A DNA stretch of 64,000 bases from Eukaryota sp. GEM-RC1. Taxonomy: Eukaryota. The stretch's first letter is position 1. Each line of letters begins with the position of its first letter. Shown here piece by piece: positions 1-12,067 of this stretch. Position numbers and translations under genes: made by a program. The notes beneath the pieces were generated by a model, which did no database searches, had not been told where the DNA came from, and worked only from the letters and a program-made list of their open reading frames with translations. Where the stretch lies: NCBI GenBank assembly GCA_040285855.1, contig JAUFOQ010000010.1, positions 1,178,001 to 1,242,000 on the forward strand, written 5' to 3'.

Positions 1-1197
1 TTCACGTTCAATAATAGGAAAGTGCTCAGAAACATCATCCGCCATATTGGAAAGTCTTCTATTCTTATCACGTTGACACCTTAAACTTTCTAATAATTTC
101 GTCTTCGTATCACGTTTCATTTGCTCAATTCTCTTCTTCTCATCTACTTCTTCTTTAGTAACTTCTTCATACATCTCCTTTTCTCTACTCATTTGCTCCA
201 ACAACTCTCTTCTTCGCTGTTGTTTAGCTTCGTTGAGTTGCTGATCGAGACAAAGTCGGTAACCCTTAGGATCTTGGAGTGGAGTGGATGGACGATTGGC
301 GAAGATATTGGCTTCGTTGGCAGCACGGCAATCATCACAGGTACAATAAATGATTGATGACGTTTTTGATTGGATACACTGAACTTTAGATTGTTGATCT
401 CTGGGTGTTCTTTTCTTGACTTCTACTGACTTCTGATTGACTGTTGTTGACTCTTCTGGAATAGGCAAGTGAGATCTACTCGATGATTGAGCGACAGATC
501 TAGCTGATGATTGGGGAAGAGATCGTGACGATGGAGGAGGCGACAACGCTTGTGATAGAGAAGCTGAAGATACTCGGGAAGAGGTTCTCACAGAAGGAGT
601 AAGAGGCCGAGTGGAAGGAATTGGGATGGTTGTCTTGGGAGTTGGATCTGGAGCAGTAGAAGAGGTGGATGACGTGGTGGATGACGTGACTTTCTTGACA
701 AGAGAAGGAGTGAAGATGAAGGAGGGTTGGTATCTGCGTACGTAGAACTTACCAACTCCGAGGAAAGCAATGGAGATGTTTTGGTTGAGAGAAACGGCAT
801 CAGAGAGACGGTCTACTAGAGTACGAACAATGTCTTGAGCAAATTCTTTCGATGTACCCGATTTAGCAGCTAATACTGAATAGTTGATGTCTTTAACAGG
901 CTTGACATCGGAAGAAGAGCGGCGTAGTTGTTGGAAACGATGTCTGCGTCGGAAAAAAGGATCTAGAGAAAAGGATAAGTCCTTGGCGGAATAGGCGGCA
1001 TTGTTACCAACGTCTAATTTGATATGTGTTACATGGAAAGTACCAAATTTGTGAATATGTATGGATTGGTTTTGTACCAAAGAGGTCTGGATCATGTTGC
1101 TCAGTTGGTCAAAAAGACGACGAACCAGATCCAAACTATTTGGCGGAATCAAAGGATGTTTTGACGTCTCCGCTAGTAGATTCTGAAGAGTATACAT
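1..1197 (-). CDS. CCDC81: CCDC81-like protein (tandem HU-like domains, Ser/Pro linker, CxxC, coiled coil); runs off the left edge
   Basis: Manual translation gives a stop-free frame from ATG 1197 to base 1; it is absent from the ORF track because no stop lies in the window. SIHIHKFGTFHVTHIKLDVGNN and PVKDINYSVLAAKSGTSKEFAQDIVRTLVDRLSDAVSLNQNISIAFLGVGKF match my recollection of the two HU-CCDC81 domains; then YCTCDDC and an E/K/R-rich coil. Confidence 0.7.
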   Translation of the reverse strand, partial: MYTLQNLLAETSKHPLIPPNSLDLVRRLFDQLSNMIQTSLVQNQSIHIHKFGTFHVTHIKLDVGNNAAYSAKDLSFSLDPFFRRRHRFQQLRRSSSDVKPVKDINYSVLAAKSGTSKEFAQDIVRTLVDRLSDAVSLNQNISIAFLGVGKFYVRRYQPSFIFTPSLVKKVTSSTTSSTSSTAPDPTPKTTIPIPSTRPLTPSVRTSSRVSSASLSQALSPPPSSRSLPQSSARSVAQSSSRSHLPIPEESTTVNQKSVEVKKRTPRDQQSKVQCIQSKTSSIIYCTCDDCRAANEANIFANRPSTPLQDPKGYRLCLDQQLNEAKQQRRRELLEQMSREKEMYEEVTKEEVDEKKRIEQMKRDTKTKLLESLRCQRDKNRRLSNMADDVSEHFPIIERE

Positions 1198-2343
1198 GTC
1201 AGAGAGTAAGGGGTGGTTCTTTATTTGGGTTTGTTTTGATGAGGAAATTCTGCTGTGGTTTGTCCATTCATTCGAACCAACATGCCTGTCTTAATTCCTG
1301 GATCTTCCTCAACTTGTTGGGAGTGTTCACCTGAACCTGATTCTAATGCCAACACCGCGACTGCTATCATAGAACAATTCCGTCGGATACTTATAGATCT
1401 TTCTTTTTCTGTCGTCGGATAGCTCAAGACTGTAACGTGGAAACTTGTCCTGAAATGAAGACGACTGCAGAATGGATCTTTCTATGTGCAGCTCACAAGA
1501 ATCCGGCACAATGCTGTGCTCTGGAGTATACAATTCACACTATTGACTCTTCCATACGTTCAGTAGCGGAACTTTCTAGACTAGATTCATCGTCTGGCAG
1601 AATAGACCTCATACGAACTCACGCCCGTCGATTAGTTCGAATCCTGTTACACGCTGCTCATCACCATCCAGATATTCTTGTAGAGTGGGAACAAAAGACC
1701 TTCCTCTGTAAGACATTTTGTGTCTTTTGCCTCCGTTTTGATATAATACCGGCTAAACAGCTCTGTTTCCCTCACATTCCTGAACTAGGTTTGGATTTGT
1801 CTCAGATAATCGCCAGTTTTCAATAACTCTTGTATATTATCATTTGTAGATTTGTTTTGATATCGGTGGGAGTTTTTTTAGTTGTTAATAGATGCCTTTT
1901 CATTTCATGAATTGGCTAAAAATTGTTCATAAATAATAATGTTGATATAGGGTCTTTATAATACTGTATATAGTCTATATACCGCTGAAAACAATGTTTG
2001 TCAAGGTATAAACGTCTACAGAACACACTTATTTCATAGACTCACATTTATGTCTGCTGGTCCGTGAAGAAGTAGAACATACTCCTAAAACTCACTAATT
2101 TGCCAACCAAAGTCTCCTCATCAATTCTGTTTCGGGATTGATGAGACTACTGCAGCAGTATTATAGAGTCATTTTAGATAATTTTGAAAAAAAAACAGTT
2201 TTGTTTACTACAGTTCTATGGCTGCAAATACAATCTCTGTAAGTACTCTCTGCAAAGACACTACTCAGCTAAGATCATTTTACGAAAGACAAAGTGTACA
2301 AGTGATATATAAACAATTCAAAACTTGCAATCCTCAATGACAT

Positions 2344-2921
2344 CTACAATAAGAAATACTTTCCATTTTTGTTACCACCGTCATAACGCTGACAAGTGAT
2401 CGCAGCAGGTTTAACGAAAATACTCTTGTCATGGAAGTAACGTGACTCAAAGTCAAACACTTCAGTAATTTCCAAAGAGCCATCATCTTCAACTTCTCCA
2501 ATAGCAACAGGGATGTTGTTAGATACATAGAAGAAAACTTGGTCTAGTCTTGGATTCGGTTGGACCCAAACTTGGACGTGAAATTGCTTGTACCGAGTAG
2601 TCCCGTTAAACTTCAGCGATGTGGTATATAAGTCAGAAAAGACGAAGAACATGTCATTCGATTCAGCACAGACAGTCATTACACCTGTATCAACTACTGT
2701 TTGAATAAGGCCATCTTGACGCCGAGCTTGTATAAATATGACACACTATCAAACTCACTGAGGGTGGCGTCAATACGAGCTCTGCCTAATCCATCCATTC
2801 TTTGATCAACTTTGAAGTTCATAAGACCTTCTTCAGTATCTAGCATGAAGGAAAAGCTGTCTGGTAGCTGAAATGCATAGACGTACAAGAAAAGTGTGAA
2901 ACAGATGAATATAACTCTCAT
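2344..2921 (-). CDS. Secreted protein, possibly ependymin-related (EPDR/LolA-like fold); one apparent frameshift
   Basis: ORF 2694-2921 begins with a hydrophobic signal-like peptide. Adding one base at the A-run near 2734-2736 joins it to ORF 2344-2679 (YFIQARRQDGLIQTVVDTGVMTVC). LPDSFSF, RARID and terminal DKSIFVKP..C resemble EPDR proteins. Confidence 0.45.
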
Positions 2922-3546
2922 GTCTGGTAGAGTCTAAAATGAAAAATGATTGTGTGGCATTCACTTACAAGGACAACATCTGACAAAGTTATTCATGATT
3001 CCGGTCCTACCGGGACTACTTCGTTTAGATAGACTGACTCTTTAAACAGCACAACACTTATTGTACTGGATCTGTGACAATTTCTCTTTCAAATGCACCT
3101 ACCGGCATAGACACATCCTGAGGTCGGTCTCACAGTCTCGTTTCTCATCATTTCCACTAATTCTCTCTATTAGGCTTTCCTTGATATTATTTCAGGACAA
3201 GGTGTAAAGTAAAGGCCTGTAAATGTCTATCCTGAAGGATATTATGACTCTGATTCTTATTAGTGAGTTCAGGGATTCAATCCTTATTTGATCTTAGTTC
3301 TGCTGTTTCAACTGTCAAAATAGTTTTCCGTAGTTTGAGTACTCTGACTTCGTTTCAAACTTTCCGTAAAATACAGCAAATGTAAAAATAGGGACAGTAT
3401 TTTCGGCTACTACTAGTATTTTTACACATCACTGATCGAGAGAAGATATGCTTTATTTACATTTATACAATTTATAGGTACATCAAGCTTGCAGTTTGAA
3501 AAACATACATTAATCCAATTGAACATATAGAAGGAACACATAAATG

Positions 3547-4941
3547 TCAATTGAGTTGAAATATACCCTCTATATTTACTTTCCGATTAACCGTCAAAGC
3601 CTCTGCCAAAGCCTCGACACCTCTTTCTCCAATAGAGTTTCCAACTAGATCGAAAGTTGTCAATCTACCATTGACTTTTAACGCATCTGCCAGTGTTTTG
3701 GCACCTTTATCTCCAATAGAGTTTCCACCCAGATTAATACTTGTCACTGTAACATTGACTCTTAAAGCTTCTGCCAAAGCTCTGGCACCTTTATCTCCAA
3801 TAGAGTTGTTCCACAGATTAATACTTGTAGCTGTATCATTAACTTTTAAAGCCTCTGCTAATGCTCTAGCACCCCTTGCTCCAATACGATTTCCAGCTAG
3901 GTCAATGCTTGTAATCGTGGTGTTAACTTTTAAAGCATCTGCTAATGCTCTAGCACCTTTATCTCCAATATAGTTTCCACCCACATTAATACTTGTAATC
4001 TTGGTATTAACTCTGAACGCATCTGCCAAAGCTCTCGCACCGTTATCCCCAATGGAATTTCTACTTAGAATAACATATGTAAGTGTGAATTTAGCTTTCA
4101 ACGTCTCTGCCAAAGCTGTAGCACCGTTATCTTCAATTTCGTTGAACATCAGATTGACACTTGTAATTGTAACATTATCTTTTAACAAATCTGACAATAC
4201 GCTAACATCTTCCGCTACAATAGAATTGTGCGCTAAATTGAGACTTGTAACTGTGTTATCAACTTTCAATAATTCAATCAACGGTGAAAACATAGAATAC
4301 CATCCCCTAGGAACAGAAACACGCAAATGAAATTGTTTAAGACGAAGTTGCTCAAAGAATAAAGAAGAGTGGCTGAAAAAGCATAAGTCGCTGTTGTTTT
4401 TTAATTCTAATTCCAAACCTGAGATTTTGTGAGAATAATTGAGCATTTCTTCTTTTTTAAAGAAGCCGCTCACGTAGAAGAATACAGATTGTATATCTGT
4501 TCCAAAGAAAGAAGCAAATGAACAAAGTGGAGGAAGATCTTTTGGAACCACATGGAACGTGTTTGTTTCAAGAAACACCTTGGATGCATGTAGTGCAGAT
4601 TCAAAGAACCGATGGCTTACATAGCCAACTTTCTTAAAGAAAGTATGCATCTTGATCTTCAAAGTAACGAGCACTCGACGAGGTGAAGTACGATTCCCGT
4701 CTAGAGAGTATTTTGACAGATTACACAAGAAACACATATTGATCAAAGTTAGAAGTGTCTGTGGAAAGTACAAGTTATCGGAAGGAGAATCGACAGTCGA
4801 GCACAAAGTCGACGTCGAAAAGGTGTTAGGATTCGAAGATGATATACTAAAACAGGATCCATTACATTCAACAACGTCAGTAAGTGAAACGGTTTCATTC
4901 AATGAACGCCTGCTATCCATTGGATGTTCAGAATGAGACAT
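3547..4941 (-). CDS. LRR family A protein (Ser-rich leader, F-box-like core, 8 x 28-aa LRR)
   Basis: 464-aa ORF with KVNxTxTSIxLxxNxIGDxGARALAxAL repeats; shares FFKKVGYVSHxFFESAL core with six paralogues. Confidence 0.9.
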   Translation of the reverse strand: MSHSEHPMDSRRSLNETVSLTDVVECNGSCFSISSSNPNTFSTSTLCSTVDSPSDNLYFPQTLLTLINMCFLCNLSKYSLDGNRTSPRRVLVTLKIKMHTFFKKVGYVSHRFFESALHASKVFLETNTFHVVPKDLPPLCSFASFFGTDIQSVFFYVSGFFKKEEMLNYSHKISGLELELKNNSDLCFFSHSSLFFEQLRLKQFHLRVSVPRGWYSMFSPLIELLKVDNTVTSLNLAHNSIVAEDVSVLSDLLKDNVTITSVNLMFNEIEDNGATALAETLKAKFTLTYVILSRNSIGDNGARALADAFRVNTKITSINVGGNYIGDKGARALADALKVNTTITSIDLAGNRIGARGARALAEALKVNDTATSINLWNNSIGDKGARALAEALRVNVTVTSINLGGNSIGDKGAKTLADALKVNGRLTTFDLVGNSIGERGVEALAEALTVNRKVNIEGIFQLN

Positions 4942-4977
4942 GTTAGTTTAGGTAGAGGATACTACTATAGTATGTAC

Positions 4978-5361
4978 CAGTGTTTGAAAACCACCCGGGT
5001 GCCACCCGGTGCGTCTGGGTGGTACTGGGCGGATAATCTTTGTCTTACCATCATCTTCAATCCATGACTTCCTCAATACATACTTCGTTGTTCTGAATAC
5101 AATTATTTTAACGGGAGTTATTTCTAGGCTCGGATAGGCTTATATCATCTTATTTATTTATTTTTCAGAGGGTTGTTTTAATCCCAAACCTGTACAAAGT
5201 TCTTCATTGTTAGTTATTTTATATCACACACTGCTAAAATACTTTAAGTTTCATCGTATATGGTGTATAAAGTAGTTATTGCACCAAAACTTTTGTCTCG
5301 TTCTTTAATGCCACACGGTGACCACCCGGGTGGCGTCCAGGTGGAAAATTTTCGAACACTG
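4978..5361. mobile_element. Non-autonomous hAT-like element (CAGTGTT TIR)
   Basis: Ends cagtgtttgaaaa / ttttcgaacactg; subterminal accacccgggtg repeats; flanks ctat-agtatgtac / ctattagtatgtac (imperfect, longer than 8 bp). Confidence 0.75.
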
Positions 5362-5551
5362 CTATTAGTATGTACTTTGATTTTCAGTCCACTAGCAACC
5401 CCCTTTATGCAGTGAACCTTAAAACATAACATGGCCTGCTCGTAGCACGCGTGCTTATATGTATTAATATTGTGTGTTGGCAATTTTTTTTGGGGTACAC
5501 TTCTAACCAGCAGATCAGAATTTGTGATTTGTCCTGTTTTGGTTTGCGTCG

Positions 5552-7175
5552 ATGAAGCATAACACTGAAACAACTACTGATGGTACATCTTCCTTCCACA
5601 GTGAACCTCCTCGATCTTCTTGTAATGTAATAGCTGGCGAAGAACCCTTTGTTTCCACTCTACGCCCAAATCACGAAGAATATGAACTTCCTTCTGAAAC
5701 TCCCTTCACTGCGGAAATCGTGAACGTTGCTTACAGTGCAACAGAAGCCGACATTAGGCAAGCTTTCTCCTCTCTTCCCGTTAAAGAAGTTCGATCTCCT
5801 TCTAATATACCGGGTACGTTTTTTGTCGAATTTCTTGATGTTCAAGGACTCAAGCAATGTTTAGACCAGTACTGGATGTTTATGATCCATGACCGCCCAA
5901 TCCGTACCTATGTAGCCTCTGCTCCTCAGTTTTCTGTTATACCATTGAATACTAGTACCTTCTCTTCTAAACCTAATGCTGAACCTAAACCACTTGAACT
6001 TCGCCCTTTTACATCCCTCCTTCCAATCTCCTTCTAGGTGCTTACGAGTTCCGCAGCCCTTGCTAACTCTCATCAATGTTCACTTGTTGAGACTTATCTG
6101 CAAATCTTCTCTTGAATGGAATAATTATCTGTTTCGTCACCATTTTCTCAACTACTGTCACTTAACGAACGATATCCGTAAATTCTTTAAGAAAGTTGGT
6201 TATACAAGCAAAGGCTTTTTCGAATGTGCTCTACTAGCGACCAAGGTGTTTTTCCAAAGAAACACGCTTAATGTAGTCTCATATGATCTTCCTCAACTTG
6301 TTTCATTTGCTTCTTTCTTTGGAGCAGAAGTTCAATCTGTTTTCTTAGGTGTATGTGAGTCCTGTGATGTTGAAGAATTTCAGAGTTATTCACATGTTAT
6401 TTCAGGATTGGAATTGCGATTAGAGAATCATAATGATTTGGAGTTTTTGAACAAGTCTTCCCTATGCTTTCCACGTCTTAAGGAACTTCATGTTGACGTT
6501 ATTTCTTCTCAAGCTTTGCATTTATTTGATTTGTTAAAGGTTAATGAAACAGTTACATGTGTTCATCTTCGAGACAGCTACATTGGTGGTGAAGGTGTTA
6601 GAGCTTTAGCTGATGCATTGAAAGTTAATACGGCTGTTACAAGTCTTGATCTTAGTGGAAACTCTATTGAAGATAAAGTTGTTAGAGTTTTAGCAGATGT
6701 ATTGAAAGTTAATGCGGCTATTACTAGTCTTGATTTAAGTTATAACTCTATTGGAGATGACGGTGCTAGAGCTTTAGCAGATGCATTGAAAGTGAATACG
6801 ACTCTTATTAGTCTTGATCTGGGTGGAAACTGTATTCAAGATGAAGGTGTTAGAGCTTTGGCAGATGCGTTGACAGTTAATAAGACTCTTACTAGTCTTG
6901 ATCTTAGTGTTAACTCTGTTGGAGATGAAGGTGTTAAAGCTTTAGCAGATACATTGAAAGTTAATGCTTCAATAACCGTCCTTGATTTAAGGTGTAACTA
7001 TATTGGAGATGAAGGTGCCAGAGCTTTTGCTGACGTATTGAAGGTTAACAATTCGGTTACAAGTCTTGATCTGGATGAAAACGCTTTTGAAGATGAAGGT
7101 GCTGGAGCATTGTCAGAAGCGTTAAAAGTTAATAGTACAGTTAAACTAGTTGGACTAAGTTACTTTAATATGTAA
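5552..7175 (+). CDS. LRR family A protein with N-terminal eIF4B/eIF4H-like RRM, 7 LRRs; one apparent +1 frameshift near 6015
   Basis: ORFs 5552-6037 and 5976-7175 are collinear with the uninterrupted paralogue at 49219; removing one C from tccc restores TSSFQSPS. Confidence 0.85.
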
Positions 7176-7380
7176 TTGTAATTTTTTCTTAGTACATTTA
7201 AATATATTTGATATCCTTATTTAAGAACCATAAATCTGAAGTATGTCAATGTAGAACGATAATCACTGACAAATCGAATCAAAATATAAGTTATTATTAT
7301 TATTTACAAAAGGATATATTTCACTGGTTGATCATAAACCTCGTTTTTATAAATGTAAATATTGATTCAGAAAACAACGA

Positions 7381-7569
7381 TATATTTTAATAGGAGCTTC
7401 ATCAAAAATATGTAAAACAGATACAAGTGGACATGGTCATTACATTGCAACTGTTAGGTCTACAGAAAATGCTTATTTGGTGTGGAAAGAATGTGACGAT
7501 AGAGATATTAGTTCAATTACTATAAACACTTATAGTAGAGAAAATTTAGCAATATATGATTTACTGTAG
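7381..7569 (+). pseudogene. Ubiquitin-specific protease (peptidase C19) His-box fragment
   Basis: Manual translation YILIGASSKICKTDTSGHGHYIATVRSTENAYLVWKECDDRDIS fits the USP GHY...W..xDD motif; no Cys-box or start codon nearby. Confidence 0.55.
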
Positions 7570-9151
7570 TACATGGAGATAACTTCAAGACAATAACGTG
7601 TGGATGTTGTGAAATATAGTTTAGTGAGAATAATGAACATATATCGATACACTATATGAATATGAGAATGTTCCCCATCAAACATAATTTACTAGAACCG
7701 GAGATTATTGTTGGAGATGCCTTAGAATGGATACAACCAAGTAAAGAACCAAAAGGAAGTGTTATATTTTCTCCGCCTTGTCTATCTATATTAACTTAGA
7801 TATTTTTCGTGATATTCCTCTTCGATGTACTTCATCTTGTAAGGACATCATGATCCTTTTATTCTGTATTATTCATTTTATTTTGAATTTGAACTAGTGT
7901 CTATGTGTGACTTGCTGGTGGGTACATAATTCCATTCAAGTAATTTGACATGAAGTCTCACTTATAGTTATATATTTTACATAAACACAAACTGTGTGCA
8001 ATTATACTGGGTGGACAATAAAAATTGAAATCTATAAAAATTCCCGATGTGTCATATGGTGATTCTAGATCGAAATTCATCATTATTTAAAGATAACTGT
8101 GAGTTCATTGTGGGTTACAATTTCCATTCCTGTATTGAAACCTTGCTTTTGTAAGGACCTCGACGATACATTCAAGTTGTATCTGTTTGGACAAAACAAT
8201 GTCCAATGATAGTACAGTTAGAAACTTTTTGAAACACAGTGTTTACTGGAGAGCGTGTTGACTTTCATACGCCACTTATACCAAGTAGTCAATTTTAATA
8301 TGCTATTTATCAAGAAGTGAGAAATCGGGTTGGAATCAACATCGTCAATCCACGTAAATCAATGAATGTATTTGTTGTATAGTGTATCGTGTGCTATAAA
8401 GTGCATTTCTATTTAAAATATTAAAAGGGAAATAGTCATAAACACCAATTTTCTTCAACACTTAATTCATAAATACCAACTACCTAATAACACTGCTTCC
8501 ATAACAACAACAGACATCTTCAGAGTGAAAGACATGTATGATACAATGACACAACCGCGTTTATAAATTTTACATTTTTATTTAAAATAGAAACTAGCCC
8601 ACGAAATAGAAGCCCTACAATGTTATTTTCCCGGAATTGAAGCATATATTCTTGACCAGTCCTACGACATATTTGTTAATTTCCGAGTCATTATCACACC
8701 CTCTTTATAAAAACACCCTCTTTACTCTCATTTCTCAAACAACAGAAGATTGAATTCACCGATAGTTTTACTGTCGAAACATATGTCAAATTTATGACAT
8801 TAAATCGATAAAGACAAAAGTGACATTGTTAAGACAAGAGGCTGCTAATTCATAGTTATAATGTAGTTTTAATGTTGAAGCTAAGAGAGAACATGAACTG
8901 CTAATAAAAGAGGGTACTTCATCATTTTCAGGTAAAATTACGAACAATTGGTAAGTCCAAAACCACAACCTTGAAGGTTCTTGGAAGGTGGTTTCAGGAG
9001 CCAAAAAATGTAAACATTTATTGAGTCCTCTTCTTAACATAGACATTTGACGAGTTATTATATTTACACACACACAAGTTAAAGTAATAGACCACGAGCT
9101 GATAGTAAATTACTTCTAAATTTTAAGAAAAAATAATACGATCATCTGACA

Positions 9152-10426
9152 TCATGTCCATGAGTCTTTTGTTTTGAAATTGCAAAACGTTATCAAAAGG
9201 TTAATCTGACGAATTTTAAAGTTACACTGCAGTAATTCTACTAAATGAACTGCACCTACATCACCAATAAAATTAGAACGAAGATTAATCCTGGTGATCG
9301 AAGGATGAACTTTGAATGCTTCAACTAAAGCTCTTGCACCTGTATCACGTATACAGTTGGAAGAAAGATCAATCACAGTAAGAGAACTATGAACTTTAAA
9401 TGCTTCGACCAATGAAATAATGCCCGCATTCCCAATGAAGTTATACCCTAAATTCATCTCAGAAATTGAAGAATTGACTTTTAAAGCCTCAGTAAGTACT
9501 AAGACCCCTGGCATACCAATTGAACAAAATTTTAAATCCATTTTAAGAACCGTGGAATTAACCATCAACATATTGGCTAATGCAATAACACCGTCGTTTC
9601 CAATAGAGTTATTATCAAGAACAAGATTTCTAATTGAAGAATTAACTTTTAACATTTCGGACAACGCTACAGCACCAGTACTGTCGATTGAAATCTTCCG
9701 TAGTTTGAGACAAGTAACTGTGGAATTGGTTGTCAGAGCGTGTGCTAATGAAATGACACCTCCATTACCAATAGAGTTATCACATAAATCAATCTGAGTA
9801 ATTACAGAATTAACCTTCAACACTTCACCTAACACCACAGCACCTTCAGAACTATACTTTAGATTTAGGTGAGTAATTGTAGGATGTGTTTTCAACGCTT
9901 CGGTTAATGTTCTGAAATTGGAATTATCAACATCCACAACAAGTCGTTTAAGATGCAAAAGGTAACAAGGAGAAGATACGTTTAGGAAATTTAAGTCATT
10001 TGGATTCTTCAATTGGACTTTGAGTCCTGCTATAATCTTAGAATAGATGCAACACTTTTCAATTGCAAAAGCCCGTTTTACAAATACAAAGACAGACAGA
10101 ATTTCTGCTTTAAACAGAGAATTGACGGCAGGAAGTAGGGGAAGCTCGACAGAAATCATGGGAAATGTGGTCTCTTTGAAAAACATTTTGATTGCAAGAA
10201 AGGAAGATTCAAAGAAGCGATGACTAGTGAGACCAAAACTGTGAATAAATGAATGGAGTTGCTGTACCAAACAAATAGTTGAGAGAGGACGTACAGGAAA
10301 ACAGGAATCACTATCAAGTATGGGCTTATAAAGACGACGCAGTAAATGGAGATGTATCGCCACTATATGCGGTTGTTCCAAACGGATAGTTTTGGAAGTG
10401 ATGGGAACCGAGATGGAGTCAGACAT
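9152..10426 (-). CDS. Divergent LRR family A protein, about 8 LRRs, short leader
   Basis: 424-aa ORF with IHLHLLR, SHRFFESSFLA core and 28-aa LRRs. Confidence 0.85.
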   Translation of the reverse strand: MSDSISVPITSKTIRLEQPHIVAIHLHLLRRLYKPILDSDSCFPVRPLSTICLVQQLHSFIHSFGLTSHRFFESSFLAIKMFFKETTFPMISVELPLLPAVNSLFKAEILSVFVFVKRAFAIEKCCIYSKIIAGLKVQLKNPNDLNFLNVSSPCYLLHLKRLVVDVDNSNFRTLTEALKTHPTITHLNLKYSSEGAVVLGEVLKVNSVITQIDLCDNSIGNGGVISLAHALTTNSTVTCLKLRKISIDSTGAVALSEMLKVNSSIRNLVLDNNSIGNDGVIALANMLMVNSTVLKMDLKFCSIGMPGVLVLTEALKVNSSISEMNLGYNFIGNAGIISLVEAFKVHSSLTVIDLSSNCIRDTGARALVEAFKVHPSITRINLRSNFIGDVGAVHLVELLQCNFKIRQINLLITFCNFKTKDSWT

Positions 10427-10470
10427 TGGAGGAAGTTGAATAGAGTTGAGGAGATTGAGCTACTTACAGT

Positions 10471-10523
10471 CAGTGTTTGAAAACCACCCGGGTGGCGTCC
10501 GGGTGGAAAATTTTCGAACACTG
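10471..10523. mobile_element. 53-bp minimal hAT-like element, same family as 4978-5361
   Basis: Same TIRs; 8-bp TSD cttacagt / cttatagt (1 mismatch). Confidence 0.8.
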
Positions 10524-10862
10524 CTTATAGTCTTCATGGTGTGTCCCAAACTGATTTCTCTTGCGTCATTCTTCCCAGTTTCATATCAAACAACTAACTA
10601 AAGGAATGCTATCCCCTCTTACACTTTAAAGAGGGGGAGACTCTGGTTTCTTTAATCACCCCTTTTGTTTTTCCTCGTAATGTTTTGCCTGTTGAAGAAA
10701 GCTTCTTTTGAGCTCTTCGTCATCTCCATTAACTTGGTTCATCATTTCGATAACCAGTTGCTCAGTCTCTTCTTCAAAAAAAGACATGAGAGAGTTGTTT
10801 GCAGTGTATGTATATAGGCGGCATCAACTACAGTATCAGTTTGAATTCTTTAGTGTAAAGAC

Positions 10863-12067
10863 CATATTTGGGAAATACAACTTCATGCATCTGTATTAAT
10901 GCAAATACAAATACAACGGATACAGATACACTATTGCTATCACGTGAGTGTATTTCAATTGTATTTCAGGTGGAAACACATGTGTTACTTTGATAAGACC
11001 ATATAAAATAATCAACTATAATACGAAGTGGCAGTGCGAAAAACTTTCTGCGTTTCATTGTTTTCACGCCACAAGTAGTTAAACTTTGGTTACTATAGAA
11101 ACTCAACAAAAACCAAATACTATGATAGAGAGCAGTGTTCGAAATTTCCCACGTGTTTTTTAAAAGACACCGTGTCGGTGTTAACACGCGTGTCCACACG
11201 GTGTCTTTGATGTGTCTTTTGGGTGTTTTTGCGTCTTTTTGCGTCTTTTTTCGAGAAAAAATTTCTGATCAATGGTGCAGAGTTTGACTATCAAAACATT
11301 CTTTTGGGCCAATTCTTGCCTTTATCTGACATCCCATCACTGAATCTTGGATCCTGTGGTTCTGTTGAGTTGAATTGATGTTCTAGGTTTGTTTGACAAC
11401 GGATCATATCAGTATTTTGGCCACTTTCTATTGGCATTGCAGTCTATTGTGGTATAACATATAGAAAAACATTCAAGTCGAACAATACCGAGGGAAATAA
11501 AAGGGTACTTTTGAAGTTTTCTAAGGTAAGGAAACACGTACACAAGCGGATTACAGTTGGTGTTTGTAAACAATTGCATTTAATCAAGCCAAAGATGAAG
11601 TTTCTCCCCTTATTTTTCAGAAAAATTGAAGAAAACTAAATAACATGCCCCTTGACTCTTCATTTCAACGAACACACTATTCTATATTAGGTTGTCAGAG
11701 ACTAATTTGTTGCGCTAATATCCGGGCAGCTGAGATGTAAACAACATAGTGGGAGAGGAGGCAAGTTTCTTTGAGTCAGTAGAAGTCATAACATTATTGA
11801 TGATTTGGAATTTCCTGTACACACACAACTTCACAATTCAATTGTACGTACTTTTGCAGAAGAGACATTGTATTTGGTACTCAAGCAGTATTTTTGAAAA
11901 ATGAATCTGCATTGAATATGCAAATAATTGGAATAAATAAGACTAAATACTGATACTAAAAATACCAAAAAAATAATACAAATAAGGGCTTGGTATTAAT
12001 ACAAATACAAAAAAAATACAACATACAAAATACACAGAAAACATGTATTCTGTATTTCCCATCTATG
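10863..12067. mobile_element. Non-autonomous DNA transposon with 8-bp TSD (hAT- or P-like)
   Basis: TIR catatttgggaaataca / tgtatttcccatctatg; exact TSD gtaaagac at 10855-10862 and 12068-12075; subterminal aaatac repeats; orphan cagtgttcgaaa end nested at 11133. Confidence 0.85.

Noticed and set aside
1221..1826. Short overlapping ORFs on both strands
   Set aside because: No recognisable motif and stops in every frame; a gene model could not be supported.
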